Virus record (IMG/VR): IMGVR_UViG_3300006153_000006
Source of the DNA: a virus
Taxonomy: Duplodnaviria > Heunggongvirae > Uroviricota > Caudoviricetes
DNA: 64,000 nt
Reading direction: 5' to 3' (one strand)
The translations under genes and the position numbers were made by a program. The notes beneath the pieces were generated by a model. The model had not been told where the DNA came from. It was given only the letters and a program-made list of their open reading frames with translations, and made no database searches. This document shows positions 46,996-55,857 of the stretch, in pieces; positions within the stretch are counted from its first letter, which is position 1; each line of letters opens with the position of its first letter.

Positions 46996-48183
46996 TTATC
47001 TCAGGTCTTCCCTAATGCACGCTATGATATCTACGCCATACTTTTTGCTTGCATGTTCGACGATCTTGTCTATCACATCCTTTTCCACCATCCGGTAGTA
47101 GTTGTAATAGCCATCGAGCGTTCTGATATCGCCCGCCTCCCATGGTGTACCGTTTTTCCGGTCAAAGATGTAATTGTGGATCATATTCTGGAACTGCTGC
47201 TTCCGCCGGTACCCTATGGTAATATTGTTGTCCTTGTTGAGCATGACACCGAGGTTCCAGTTCCGCCCAGCAGAAGACCCATACCGTGTCTTTTTGACGT
47301 TCAATGAGAACGGCGCATGATACTCTTCCAGCGTCCTCAGCAACAGGTCTTGTACCTGCCAGATGTCGAATGCGTACCTGGATGAGATGATGAAATCGTC
47401 CGCATACCTGGTATATATCATCCTCTGCTTCAGCGGGGTCTCCTCGCCGTCAGCGCCGGTCAGAACACCGGCACGCTCAAACTCCATATACCTCAGCCTT
47501 TTGTTCAGGTTAAAGTCGATGGGGATCATCATGATGTTTGTAATCGTCGGGGACACCGGGGTGCCTTGAGGCAGACCCCCATTCAGAGTTGCAAGTTCAA
47601 GTGCCTTCTCAAGCTCAGCACGCCCTTCCTCTGTCCTAACGACCTCGCTGAACGGGAACACCATGCTGAACTGCTGCATCATAAACTCCAAAGTTGTGCT
47701 GCCAAAGAAATCATGGAGGTCAAACTTCCCAAACCAGCGGCTCTCGTTCTGCTGGTGACGCTTTACCGCATCAATGGTACAACGGCCCTTAATGTATGCA
47801 AACGCGGAGGTATGATAAAGGGCGTGAAAGTCCTCCTCAAAAATCAGCTTGAGCTGACGGAGCGCGTTCATCAATTCCGGCAGAGGCTCATCTATTTTGC
47901 GCAGACCACCGGACTTCTTTGGGATATGGAATGTATGGTACAAATCACTCCTCTTGGACTCTCTGAGCTTTTCAGTACCTGCATTGAACTCCTTCAGCTT
48001 TCTAACCAAGTAGCCAATATTGAGGCCATTTGTAAAGCGTTCGCTCACTTCCTCAACGGCATACGTTTTTGTGTTTCCTACACTTGTGTTATACGGTGCA
48101 TAATCAGAAAAGCTTTGCGAGATAAACTCTTCAAAAGTCATCTGATGATACATCGGAGATTGATGGACTGTAATGTACACCAC
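46996..48183 (-). CDS. Reverse transcriptase (retron/unknown-group type; QGxxxSP and YADD)
   Basis: RT motifs FHIPKKSGGLRKIDEP (1/2), GKFDLHDFFGST (A), LPQGTPVSP (4) and YTRYADDFII (C); GTG start with GGAGG RBS. Confidence 0.85.
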   Translation of the reverse strand: MVYITVHQSPMYHQMTFEEFISQSFSDYAPYNTSVGNTKTYAVEEVSERFTNGLNIGYLVRKLKEFNAGTEKLRESKRSDLYHTFHIPKKSGGLRKIDEPLPELMNALRQLKLIFEEDFHALYHTSAFAYIKGRCTIDAVKRHQQNESRWFGKFDLHDFFGSTTLEFMMQQFSMVFPFSEVVRTEEGRAELEKALELATLNGGLPQGTPVSPTITNIMMIPIDFNLNKRLRYMEFERAGVLTGADGEETPLKQRMIYTRYADDFIISSRYAFDIWQVQDLLLRTLEEYHAPFSLNVKKTRYGSSAGRNWNLGVMLNKDNNITIGYRRKQQFQNMIHNYIFDRKNGTPWEAGDIRTLDGYYNYYRMVEKDVIDKIVEHASKKYGVDIIACIREDLR

Positions 48184-48516
48184 TTTCGTTTCCTCCTTCC
48201 TTTTTTAGTTGCCTGTAACCAAAATAGAGGCTGCTGCCTGGTGCTTTGGATCTATCTTTATGGTTTGGCTGCAAGTGTCATCTGAGCTACGTCATCTGAC
48301 ATGTGGTCTGGCATTCGATTCATTGCGGCTGTATTGTTTGCTGGTGTCCTGTCGGGTTTCTGGTGTTTCGTGACATTGAGATTCTTTATTACTCAAGCTT
48401 GAAGACGTCAAGTAGCTCCTTGTGCGCCTCTTTCTTTTCCTGGCTATTTGTTACTTCTGTCTTCGACGAGAAGCTCGTTTTTTCAAAACGACATTTCGTT
48501 ACAGGTTTTTGCGCAC
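48184..48516 (-). ncRNA. Structured non-coding element (c) immediately upstream of the RT gene, with 8-bp flanking inverted repeats
   Basis: CCTGTAAC / GTTACAGG repeats at 48205 and 48500 in an a1/a2-like arrangement; contains the UCGUUUU/AAAACGA hairpin and the shared GCUUCUC ... GAAGUAACAAAUAGC motif. Confidence 0.45.
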
Positions 48517-49422
48517 TTATGGCTGCGCCATACCAAAGAATGCAAACATCTCTTCTGTGGTGCTCGGTCTCATTTCTTTAACACCCTTTGGCAAAATCCT
48601 ATATTCCTTATCCCCGATCTGCTCGACTCTCGATTTCGGGTTAAGAGATACCAAAGGACGTACGCCACGGAACTCACTTGCCATTGCGGAACCCAGATAA
48701 CTGGACTTGTCAACGGTAGCGTTTGAACCACGGAATCGCTTGCCCATATCTGCAAGGAAATAACTCAGGTAGTATCTGTCTCCATCTGCCATTCTCGTTG
48801 TACCCAAAAGCTTTTTGGCAAGGTCTTGCGTCGGGTGCGCCCGAACGCCCCGCCGCTTCTTGAACAGATTGAGCCTGTCATTATCTCCATACATATCCTT
48901 AACGGTCGGGATACGAACTAACGACGTGAATTCACCCGTATCAAGCTTTGTGGTTTTCTCCAAGAGCGCCGCTATCTCATAGCTGTCAAAGTACCGTAAA
49001 AATCCTGCGTGCTGAGACTGATCGCTCATTGACGGTAAATACTGACGCGCCGGGGGCGCGTCATACTTATGCTGCGGACTATACCATCCATCCTTTGCGC
49101 TGTTCAGATATTGCAGCAAAGTCGATACCTCAAAGTGCGGATTTCCACGGCGCAAGACTCTGTTTTCCCCGCTGCCATCATACTCATAGCCGCTCCCGAT
49201 CTCATACCAGCCATCAGGCCGATAGTCACCTGGCCACTCTTCTGTTGCATCGAGAACGCAGATGTCCACTACGCCCTCGGAAATAAAATCGCAGTTTGGA
49301 GTTGCCTTCAGCCATCTGAGCGGCGCCGGGGTGGCATCACCACCAAAGGCTGTGTACTGACCAAAGACCAATACATCTCCGAGGCTCATGCTTCTTAATG
49401 TACGACTCATTCTTTTTTTCAC
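48517..49422 (-). CDS. Hypothetical protein
   Basis: 301 aa ORF between elements (d) and (c); no family recognised. Confidence 0.35.
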   Translation of the reverse strand: MKKRMSRTLRSMSLGDVLVFGQYTAFGGDATPAPLRWLKATPNCDFISEGVVDICVLDATEEWPGDYRPDGWYEIGSGYEYDGSGENRVLRRGNPHFEVSTLLQYLNSAKDGWYSPQHKYDAPPARQYLPSMSDQSQHAGFLRYFDSYEIAALLEKTTKLDTGEFTSLVRIPTVKDMYGDNDRLNLFKKRRGVRAHPTQDLAKKLLGTTRMADGDRYYLSYFLADMGKRFRGSNATVDKSSYLGSAMASEFRGVRPLVSLNPKSRVEQIGDKEYRILPKGVKEMRPSTTEEMFAFFGMAQP

Positions 49423-49440
49423 CTCCAGTTTCCCAAATTC

Positions 49441-49714
49441 CTATGTGATCTCATATAGATTCTGACTCATCCGTACAGGATCCGGAAGATTTTCCTTCAG
49501 TGGGCGGAGGAGGCGTTCGGCGCCAGATGCTTTGGGTGGCTCCCCTGAATCGGACACTCTTCTGGGTGTGGTTCGCTTCTTGAGCGCACCTGACCAGCAG
49601 CGTCTCTTGCCGGCGAGCTCAGGTGCACTGGGCTGCCTGGTGTCTTCTTTCTCTCAGCTATTTGTTACTTCTACCATCGGTGAGAAGCACCGCGAACGGT
49701 TATACATCACATAG
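49441..49714 (-). ncRNA. Structured intergenic element (d) with 9-bp terminal inverted repeats
   Basis: CTATGTGAT ... ATCACATAG termini, covarying with element (b); 55-bp 3' identity to (b). Confidence 0.45.
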
Positions 49715-49719
49715 TTTAA

Positions 49720-50397
49720 TTAAAACGCATCCAACATAAAGTTGAATGCGTCAATGAGTACGAGCTTTTTAATTGGCTTTCCATTCCAAAAATTCATGAA
49801 ATTTGCCACACCAAGAGCACATACCATCCGAACAGTCGGACAGACAGAAAGTGTGATGCGGCAAGCGGACATCGGTGTTTCTTCTTCCGCCTCTTCATGA
49901 GAGAACTCCATGGACGCCAGAAAATCTTTCTTCATCTTGTAGTCAGACCAATCGGCTGCGTAATGCTGCGCATCCTCCAGCCTTGTGCGGAAATCAAACA
50001 TCGCTTTGACATATTGGTTGTCCATGTGCTTCTCCACAATGGCCCGACGAAGTTCGATATTATCCACACACAAGAACACAAACCCGGAAAGCTGCTGACC
50101 ATCCCAACCCTTGCTCTCCAGCTTAATATCGTCCTCGGCATCCGGGTTGATCTCCAGGATCATATCTCTGACAGCCTCCACTTTTGGCCGCCCGACATCT
50201 TTCTGGCGAAACATCTGATTTGCCAAATTCTTGGGTTCGACAACATCAAAATCCCAAAGCACAAACTTTGTCAGACCGTTTCTTGCCAGCATTTCCGCGA
50301 CGGTCGAGCCGACAGACCCACAACCTACGATGTGGATCTTGGCGGGATGCTTCTCCGGCTGAAAAACATCATAGCTTTTTGACAAGTCCATTTCCAT
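49720..50397 (-). CDS. ThiF/MoeB-family E1-like adenylyltransferase
   Basis: IHIVGCGSVGSTVAEMLARNG Rossmann motif, 225 aa. Confidence 0.7.
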   Translation of the reverse strand: MEMDLSKSYDVFQPEKHPAKIHIVGCGSVGSTVAEMLARNGLTKFVLWDFDVVEPKNLANQMFRQKDVGRPKVEAVRDMILEINPDAEDDIKLESKGWDGQQLSGFVFLCVDNIELRRAIVEKHMDNQYVKAMFDFRTRLEDAQHYAADWSDYKMKKDFLASMEFSHEEAEEETPMSACRITLSVCPTVRMVCALGVANFMNFWNGKPIKKLVLIDAFNFMLDAF

Positions 50398-50405
50398 CCC
50401 TCCAA

Positions 50406-51290
50406 TTATTTGCGTCTATAGTATCCATACGGATCGTCGTCATCATCCATCGGAAGTGTGAGTTGAGTACCTCCTTCACCGGGCTTTTTCCAGCCATCCC
50501 CGATTTTGCTTTTCGGTTTGTCGTTCGCCCAGTTGGATGCTCCCTTCTCACCCTCGTCCTTCTTCTTGTCTGCGGCGGCTGGCGTCACAGGAGGGCGATA
50601 CGGTTCGTAGCTACTGCCGGCACCGTTATAGGTCGGGGTTGTGTAGGATTTCTCCACAACAAGGCTCTTGGCCTCCTTTATGAACTCCTCAAAGCTGACG
50701 ACGCCGCCTTCGAGCCTAACTTCGACATCCCCATCCTCAAACAGCGTGTTCTTGCGCATATCGTAGATCTTGATGAAGCTTTTGAAGCTCTTGTTATAGA
50801 TCATGAAGATGTAGAAATCATCCGGCCCAAGCTGGGCGACGATTTCTTCCTGATGATTGAGATCCACAGAAGAAGGAGAAACGGGCATATTCACATGAGA
50901 ATGGCCCTGCATGTGGATGTTATAGAAACGTTCATCCTCGTCATTCTCCATGATCCATCTGGCATACTTCTCCGTGTCCATTTCAACCGTAGTCGCAGCG
51001 ACAGTCTGCGGGTAGACAAGAATATCCGAGATGATGTACTCGTCTGCTTCCTCGTTGTCGATACGAGCAGCAACGCCATGCCACGCAACCTCCTTGTTGA
51101 ACTCTTGAAGGAGCATGACCATTTTGCACCATGCCTCTGGCGTAAAATATACGGTTGCCTTCTTGTGCGCAGACTCAAATGTCTTGCTGAAGTTGAACTT
51201 GCCATCGGTCAGCGGCCCCATGGCCAACGACTTCTCGAAATCTTTTTTGCACTCCTCGATCATTTCAGGAGTCATGTTCAAAATTTTGCT
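50406..51290 (-). CDS. JAB/MPN (JAMM) metalloprotease-domain protein
   Basis: HMQGHSHVNMPVSPSSVD matches HxHx7Sx2D; low-complexity basic C-terminus. Confidence 0.6.
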   Translation of the reverse strand, partial: SKILNMTPEMIEECKKDFEKSLAMGPLTDGKFNFSKTFESAHKKATVYFTPEAWCKMVMLLQEFNKEVAWHGVAARIDNEEADEYIISDILVYPQTVAATTVEMDTEKYARWIMENDEDERFYNIHMQGHSHVNMPVSPSSVDLNHQEEIVAQLGPDDFYIFMIYNKSFKSFIKIYDMRKNTLFEDGDVEVRLEGGVVSFEEFIKEAKSLVVEKSYTTPTYNGAGSSYEPYRPPVTPAAADKKKDEGEKGASNWANDKPKSKIGDGWKKPGEGGTQLTLPMDDDDDPYGYYRRK

Positions 51291-51297
51291 CATGTAA

Positions 51298-52791
51298 TTA
51301 TGCCTCCTCTTCCTGTGCTTGTGTCTCCCCATCCTGACCTGTCGCCTCCTGACTCTCAATCCACTCAATAGCGGCAAGTGGTTTCACAACTTTACCATCG
51401 GGAAGCTCGATGCACTGGGTTTGATTGCGATACATATCGTTCATGAACTCTCCGATGACGACCGAGTCTCCGAAATTGAGACTTTTTGAGGAAGAAACGC
51501 ACTGCTCGATCGCTCCAATATAATTCCTGTCACGCAGGAACTGATTGATGACCCTTTCATGATTTCCAAGACAAGCGTGATACTGAATATGCGGGTTTGG
51601 CATCATGTTCTTCATTTCAAGCGGGAACTCATGCTGTCTTATACCACGAACGCTGCCATTCAAATCGAAAGTATATCCGGCACAGAACCTAAGACGAAGC
51701 GTTCTGTCGCTGAAGACCGCTTTGATGAGCTTCGCCATCCTCTCGCCGCTTATGGCACCATGCGCCCGAGTGTAGATGTAGCTGTGATTATTGCGAAGCA
51801 TACTTTCGACCATTTCTTCATCGAAATACTCGCAATATCCAAATGCAGCGAACTGCATCATAGAGTCTGAGACAGTCTCCAAATAGAGCGAGGCATTACA
51901 CAGAAAATAGTCCATGATTTCAGACTCATCCCCGCCGGATGCAATCTTCTGATGAAGCCCAAGAAGTTTGATGGACAATTCGTTACGCTGCGAGAGGATA
52001 CTTGCAATCGAGTTATTCATCCTCTCAAACTCTGCTTCCTTTGAGGCAATTTGCTGTTCAACTCTCTGTGCCTCGATACGCTCAAACCGGGTCTCAAACC
52101 CTTTGAGGAGCTTTTCGATACGCATTTTCTTGAAGTCATACCGCTCTGCAAGCTTTTTGAGACACGCCATATACTTGTCCGGATCCTTCTCGGTAAGAGA
52201 CAAAAACAGCGCCAGCTCGTCCTCGGTCAGCTTGTCCGTATCTTTCCCGGCATTAAAATACCATGGCATACACGGCACGATAGCGCGCTGAAGATAATGG
52301 AGCTTGCGGATGTCAAGCGCCTCGACGAACAGAACAACAGACCGAAGCTCGACATTGATGAAACACACCACTCGGAATGACTTTCTGAAATATGCAGTTA
52401 CAGGCTCCAAATTGTGGAACCCATCATACATACTCGGGAAAGTGCTCTCAATGGCATCGAAGCTGATGTTATTACCGTCAGCTCCTCCGTTGATGTTGTG
52501 AATAAAGAATGTGCCTGCACTGTCAGAATAAATCTCCCTTGCTACAGCAGACACCACATCACGCTTAGATGCACCCGACAGATTTTCAGCCCGATAGGAA
52601 CTCTGGCTAAACCTTAACTCCACAGTATCTTCTTCTCCCATGCGCTGTGGAAGGATTGCACGGAGCGTGGAAAGAAACGAATTATCTCCGTTGTATGACA
52701 CACCAAAGACGTTTCTGAAGTAGTCATTGGCAAAATCAGTACAAAACGGAGTCTCTCGGACGATTGCCCTAAACATATCTTGACACCCCAC
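51298..52791 (-). CDS. Hypothetical protein (497 aa, central coiled coil)
   Basis: ORF only. Confidence 0.35.
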   Translation of the reverse strand: MGCQDMFRAIVRETPFCTDFANDYFRNVFGVSYNGDNSFLSTLRAILPQRMGEEDTVELRFSQSSYRAENLSGASKRDVVSAVAREIYSDSAGTFFIHNINGGADGNNISFDAIESTFPSMYDGFHNLEPVTAYFRKSFRVVCFINVELRSVVLFVEALDIRKLHYLQRAIVPCMPWYFNAGKDTDKLTEDELALFLSLTEKDPDKYMACLKKLAERYDFKKMRIEKLLKGFETRFERIEAQRVEQQIASKEAEFERMNNSIASILSQRNELSIKLLGLHQKIASGGDESEIMDYFLCNASLYLETVSDSMMQFAAFGYCEYFDEEMVESMLRNNHSYIYTRAHGAISGERMAKLIKAVFSDRTLRLRFCAGYTFDLNGSVRGIRQHEFPLEMKNMMPNPHIQYHACLGNHERVINQFLRDRNYIGAIEQCVSSSKSLNFGDSVVIGEFMNDMYRNQTQCIELPDGKVVKPLAAIEWIESQEATGQDGETQAQEEEA

Positions 52792-52894
52792 ATTTCAAGT
52801 TATATTGTTGTCGATTGCCGGAGTTGAACCGGCAAACCCAAATCGACATAGAAAATGGCGGCCCAACTGGGCCGCCATTTTATGTGGTTATGTA

Positions 52895-53122
52895 TCAGGC
52901 GTTATCGGCCTTGACCACATTCAGCAGGAAGCACTTGGAGGTGATGCCCATCTGCTGGAAGGTCTTATCCAGATCGCCGGGCTGGAGGGGAGCGCCATCC
53001 AGGTGCATAGTGCCACGGGTGTAGTCGATCTCGTTGTTCTCCAGGCAGGTACGGAGAGTGGTGTTCTCGTCGATGAGAACGGCCTCGCGCTTGGTGTTGT
53101 TGCCCACAGTGACCTTAATCAT
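52895..53122 (-). CDS. Small beta-grasp-like protein (MoaD/ThiS-like start MIKV, no C-terminal GG)
   Basis: 75 aa; MIKVTV ... LQPGD pattern reminiscent of ThiS/MoaD, but ends KADNA. Confidence 0.3.
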   Translation of the reverse strand: MIKVTVGNNTKREAVLIDENTTLRTCLENNEIDYTRGTMHLDGAPLQPGDLDKTFQQMGITSKCFLLNVVKADNA

Positions 53123-53219
53123 AGTTCATTTCTCCTTTTATTCGTTGTTTTTTTTAGTTGGTTTGTAGTGGTTGAGCCCGCCGGAAACCCCGGCGGGCTC
53201 AAATTGCGGATGGTGTCGC

Positions 53220-53624
53220 TTAGGCGACAGTGATAGTCTCCATCACAGCATCCTTCTCTGCCTTCACGGAAGCCAGAGCGGAATCCACCTGAGCCTCAAC
53301 CTTGTTGAGGTTGATGATAGCGGCGCCGACCATGTCGGCAACGGCCTGCTTCATGTCAGCACCGGCGCTGGCAGGGACAGGAAGGGTGATGGTGGCCAGG
53401 CCGCTGCCATCGTGGGCAACGGAGCCGAAGCTGGCGCCGTACTCGGTGATGCTGCCGGTGCCATTGGTGGTGCCCACGGCGAAGACAGCCTCACGCTTGC
53501 CATCCTCGTTCGTCTCGAACAGAGTCAGAGCCTTGGGGCGGTACTTCTCCAGGGTCTTGATGTCCTCCAGCTTCTTGGTGCTGGTGACGACGACTGCGTC
53601 GCCTGCGATCGTGATTTTTGCCAT
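53220..53624 (-). CDS. Hypothetical protein, possibly virion structural
   Basis: 134 aa, Ala/Gly/Thr-rich; no motif recognised. Confidence 0.3.
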   Translation of the reverse strand: MAKITIAGDAVVVTSTKKLEDIKTLEKYRPKALTLFETNEDGKREAVFAVGTTNGTGSITEYGASFGSVAHDGSGLATITLPVPASAGADMKQAVADMVGAAIINLNKVEAQVDSALASVKAEKDAVMETITVA

Positions 53625-53711
53625 TTTTTCGATCTCCTTTTATAAATATGTACCCATTGGTTCACCTTTCGGCTATCCACTCACGCCACGAGGAGGCTGG
53701 GCCATGTGAGC

Positions 53712-53740
53712 AAAGGAAAAGCCCAGCTTTCGCTGGGCTG
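53712..53740 (-). terminator. Rho-independent terminator after the 53810 gene
   Basis: CAGCCCAGC GAAA GCUGGGCU followed by UUUUCCUUU on the minus strand. Confidence 0.5.
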
Positions 53741-53809
53741 ATTTTTCCTCATATTGTTTGCTGTTTTTTTCGTACCACTTTTCGTGGTACGGATTTATTC
53801 GATTAGGGA

Positions 53810-54469
53810 TTAGAATGCGAAAGCGGGGGCCAGCCCAAAGGAAAGACTCGCATAGTTGTAGTAGGCGCCGCCGTCGGTGTACACAAAGCAGAAGTAGCTG
53901 CTGCCGTTGCAAAAAGGGGAACGCAACAGCAGATATTCTCTGTCGCCTCTTCTCACTTTGTAGTACGGCACATCCTCCTGCCGGTAATATTCATACCAAT
54001 GTCCCTCGCCAGGAGCTGAGTAGATGCACCTGCCGAACAGCTCTTTCTCGGACTTGATAAAAAATCTATCCTCGGTTTCTATCAGCTCATTGCTGCCATC
54101 AAAAGTGTTTGCGGTCAACTTTAGAACGGGAACCGCCACGTCGATGATCTCGTCCGGCATGAGTTCAAATATGCTTTCGCCTGGCTCATTCATCATCCTG
54201 CGCAGCTTGGTCGCTGCCCAAGACCCCTCATTTGTGTCTGCATCATTCCATGGATAACGCTGTGGCATACAATCAACCATTTCCCACGTCAGAGGTAGAA
54301 TAAGCCCGTCTTTAGTTCTGTCGTGATTTCTCCCAATAATTCTAAACTCGACTGGGGTTCCGTCTTTCAGAACGGCACTTTTTGTATCGCCAACATTGAA
54401 CATGGAGGCTGCCGCAGGGCCAAAACCCCTTATCGTCCTCCATGAATACTCCTCCAAGGCTCTTGGCAT
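53810..54469 (-). CDS. Paralog A of a putative receptor/ligand-binding protein with a DGR-like variable C-terminus
   Basis: 219 aa; homologous along its length to the 59627 gene. The last 35 aa lie between the conserved LLRSP and GLAPA flanks and differ only at codon positions 1 and 2. A GC-rich GGGCTGGCCCCCGC stretch and a hairpin follow. Confidence 0.5.
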   Translation of the reverse strand: MPRALEEYSWRTIRGFGPAAASMFNVGDTKSAVLKDGTPVEFRIIGRNHDRTKDGLILPLTWEMVDCMPQRYPWNDADTNEGSWAATKLRRMMNEPGESIFELMPDEIIDVAVPVLKLTANTFDGSNELIETEDRFFIKSEKELFGRCIYSAPGEGHWYEYYRQEDVPYYKVRRGDREYLLLRSPFCNGSSYFCFVYTDGGAYYNYASLSFGLAPAFAF

Positions 54470-54471
54470 AT

Positions 54472-55140
54472 TTACTCCCCCTGTTCCGTAAAATCAAAAT
54501 CCCCAAAATCCGATAGTCTCCCGGCTGTCGTGTTCTCATCATCAATGTCGAGGTACGGATACTCGTTAAAGAATTGAACCCCAGTTTCATCCGGTGTCCA
54601 TGTGGGATGATATATGGAAATGGACTCTTCTTCTGCAAGCATCTTCCCGATTTTTCTAATGAAGTCATCGCAAAACCCTTCATATGTCAGCTGTTCGACC
54701 TCATCAGGCGTAACGTTCAGCAATGTGCTCATGAAGTCCATAGCTGCAAGATGTAACTCATCATCACGTTCGTAGATAATATCATCGAGCATTTCGATCT
54801 GGCCTTCTTCATCCAGCGGCGCTGGCTCGTCTGGCAGGTCGTCACCATAGTCGCTCATCACCGTAACTGGAAATAAATATTTCCGATACACCTTTGTTGC
54901 AATTTCACGACATTCTAAAGCACAGGTTGCGGCCTCTCCATACTCGAACTCTTCATCACGAAACACCTTGAAAAATGGGATGCCACTTTTTTCTTCTAAG
55001 TAAACGCTGTATCCGGTGTTCACGTTCTCGGCAATACAGACCATTTCTTTACCCAAACGTTCTATATTGCTTTCAAAAAATTGCCAAACATCGTATGCGC
55101 TCAAATGAATTTTTACTTCACCTTTCTCAGGCACACGCAT
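54472..55140 (-). CDS. Hypothetical acidic protein
   Basis: ORF only. Confidence 0.3.
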   Translation of the reverse strand: MRVPEKGEVKIHLSAYDVWQFFESNIERLGKEMVCIAENVNTGYSVYLEEKSGIPFFKVFRDEEFEYGEAATCALECREIATKVYRKYLFPVTVMSDYGDDLPDEPAPLDEEGQIEMLDDIIYERDDELHLAAMDFMSTLLNVTPDEVEQLTYEGFCDDFIRKIGKMLAEEESISIYHPTWTPDETGVQFFNEYPYLDIDDENTTAGRLSDFGDFDFTEQGE

Positions 55141-55163
55141 TCCCTCCCACCATTATTATTTTT

Positions 55164-55240
55164 TGGTCTGAGTGGAGGGACTCGAACCCTCGGCCTCGTG
55201 ACCCCAAATCACGCCGTCTACCAACTGACATTACACCCAG
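55164..55240 (-). tRNA. tRNA-Pro (anticodon UGG), CCA encoded
   Basis: Acceptor CTGGGTG/CACTCAG, anticodon loop TTTGGGG, T-loop TTCGAGT. Confidence 0.7.
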
Positions 55241-55243
55241 ATT

Positions 55244-55334
55244 TGGCGGCGGAGGTGGGATTTGAACCCACGGGCGGGATTCCCACCAGCGGTTTTCAAG
55301 ACCACCGCATTCAGCCAGACTCTGCCACTCCGCC
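55244..55334 (-). tRNA. tRNA-Ser (anticodon UGA), type II with long variable arm, CCA encoded
   Basis: Acceptor GGCGGAG/CTCCGCC, anticodon loop CTTGAAA, variable arm TGGGAATCCCGCC, T-loop TTCAAAT. Confidence 0.7.
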
Positions 55335-55344
55335 GTTTTTATCG

Positions 55345-55857
55345 TTATTGCTTTTGAATGCCAAACAGAGACATCATATCTTCATCTGTCGATACTTCAA
55401 AGTCTTTTGCATAACCGGAAAACATTTCGTCTGTCCAGTTTGAGGGAGACCCATCTATGTGATATTTCCCGTATTCTGTTATTTCCTTAATTGTTACAGC
55501 GCTACCAGCAAAGCGCATCATTTCTTCAATCACGGAATCGGTGATTGGATTTACGCCAAACATCATATAATCTTTCCCTAAGCGTAAATCTTCTCTTACA
55601 AAAACCATATCTCCTGGAACATACTGCGTCTGGATTGCAAAACCAACAAACATTTCACCGGGCCATATATATTCATACGCATCAGTTTCCGCAACGGTAT
55701 ACAGGTCATTGCCAAGAGCTGCGGTGATTTGGACTATGCAACCGGCAAGAGCCGCCATTCGCTCTGGCACATAGTAATCCCTGTAATATTCGCCCTCTTG
55801 GATATCACCTTTGACCACAACAAAGTCGCCCTTGTTATATTTTATAGCAGACAGCAT
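55345..55857 (-). CDS. Hypothetical protein
   Basis: 170 aa ORF with a long structured 5' region. Confidence 0.3.
   Translation of the reverse strand: MLSAIKYNKGDFVVVKGDIQEGEYYRDYYVPERMAALAGCIVQITAALGNDLYTVAETDAYEYIWPGEMFVGFAIQTQYVPGDMVFVREDLRLGKDYMMFGVNPITDSVIEEMMRFAGSAVTIKEITEYGKYHIDGSPSNWTDEMFSGYAKDFEVSTDEDMMSLFGIQKQ

Noticed and set aside
46996-48183. Assigning the RT as the DGR reverse transcriptase that diversifies the two variable C-termini
   Set aside because: Its motif 4 is the retron/group-II-type QGxxxSP (LPQGTPVSP) rather than the [I/V/L]GxxxSQ typical of DGR RTs. No template repeat matching the VR flanks is visible near it. Kept as an open possibility only.
53762-53780. Interpreting every GC hairpin after the variable-C-terminus genes as a DGR-specific cruciform
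   Set aside because: The hairpin at 59586-59626 is followed by T7 on the plus strand and overlaps the tmRNA 5' flank, so it may simply be a bidirectional terminator. Only the pattern at 53762-53780 plus the codon evidence is used for the DGR argument.
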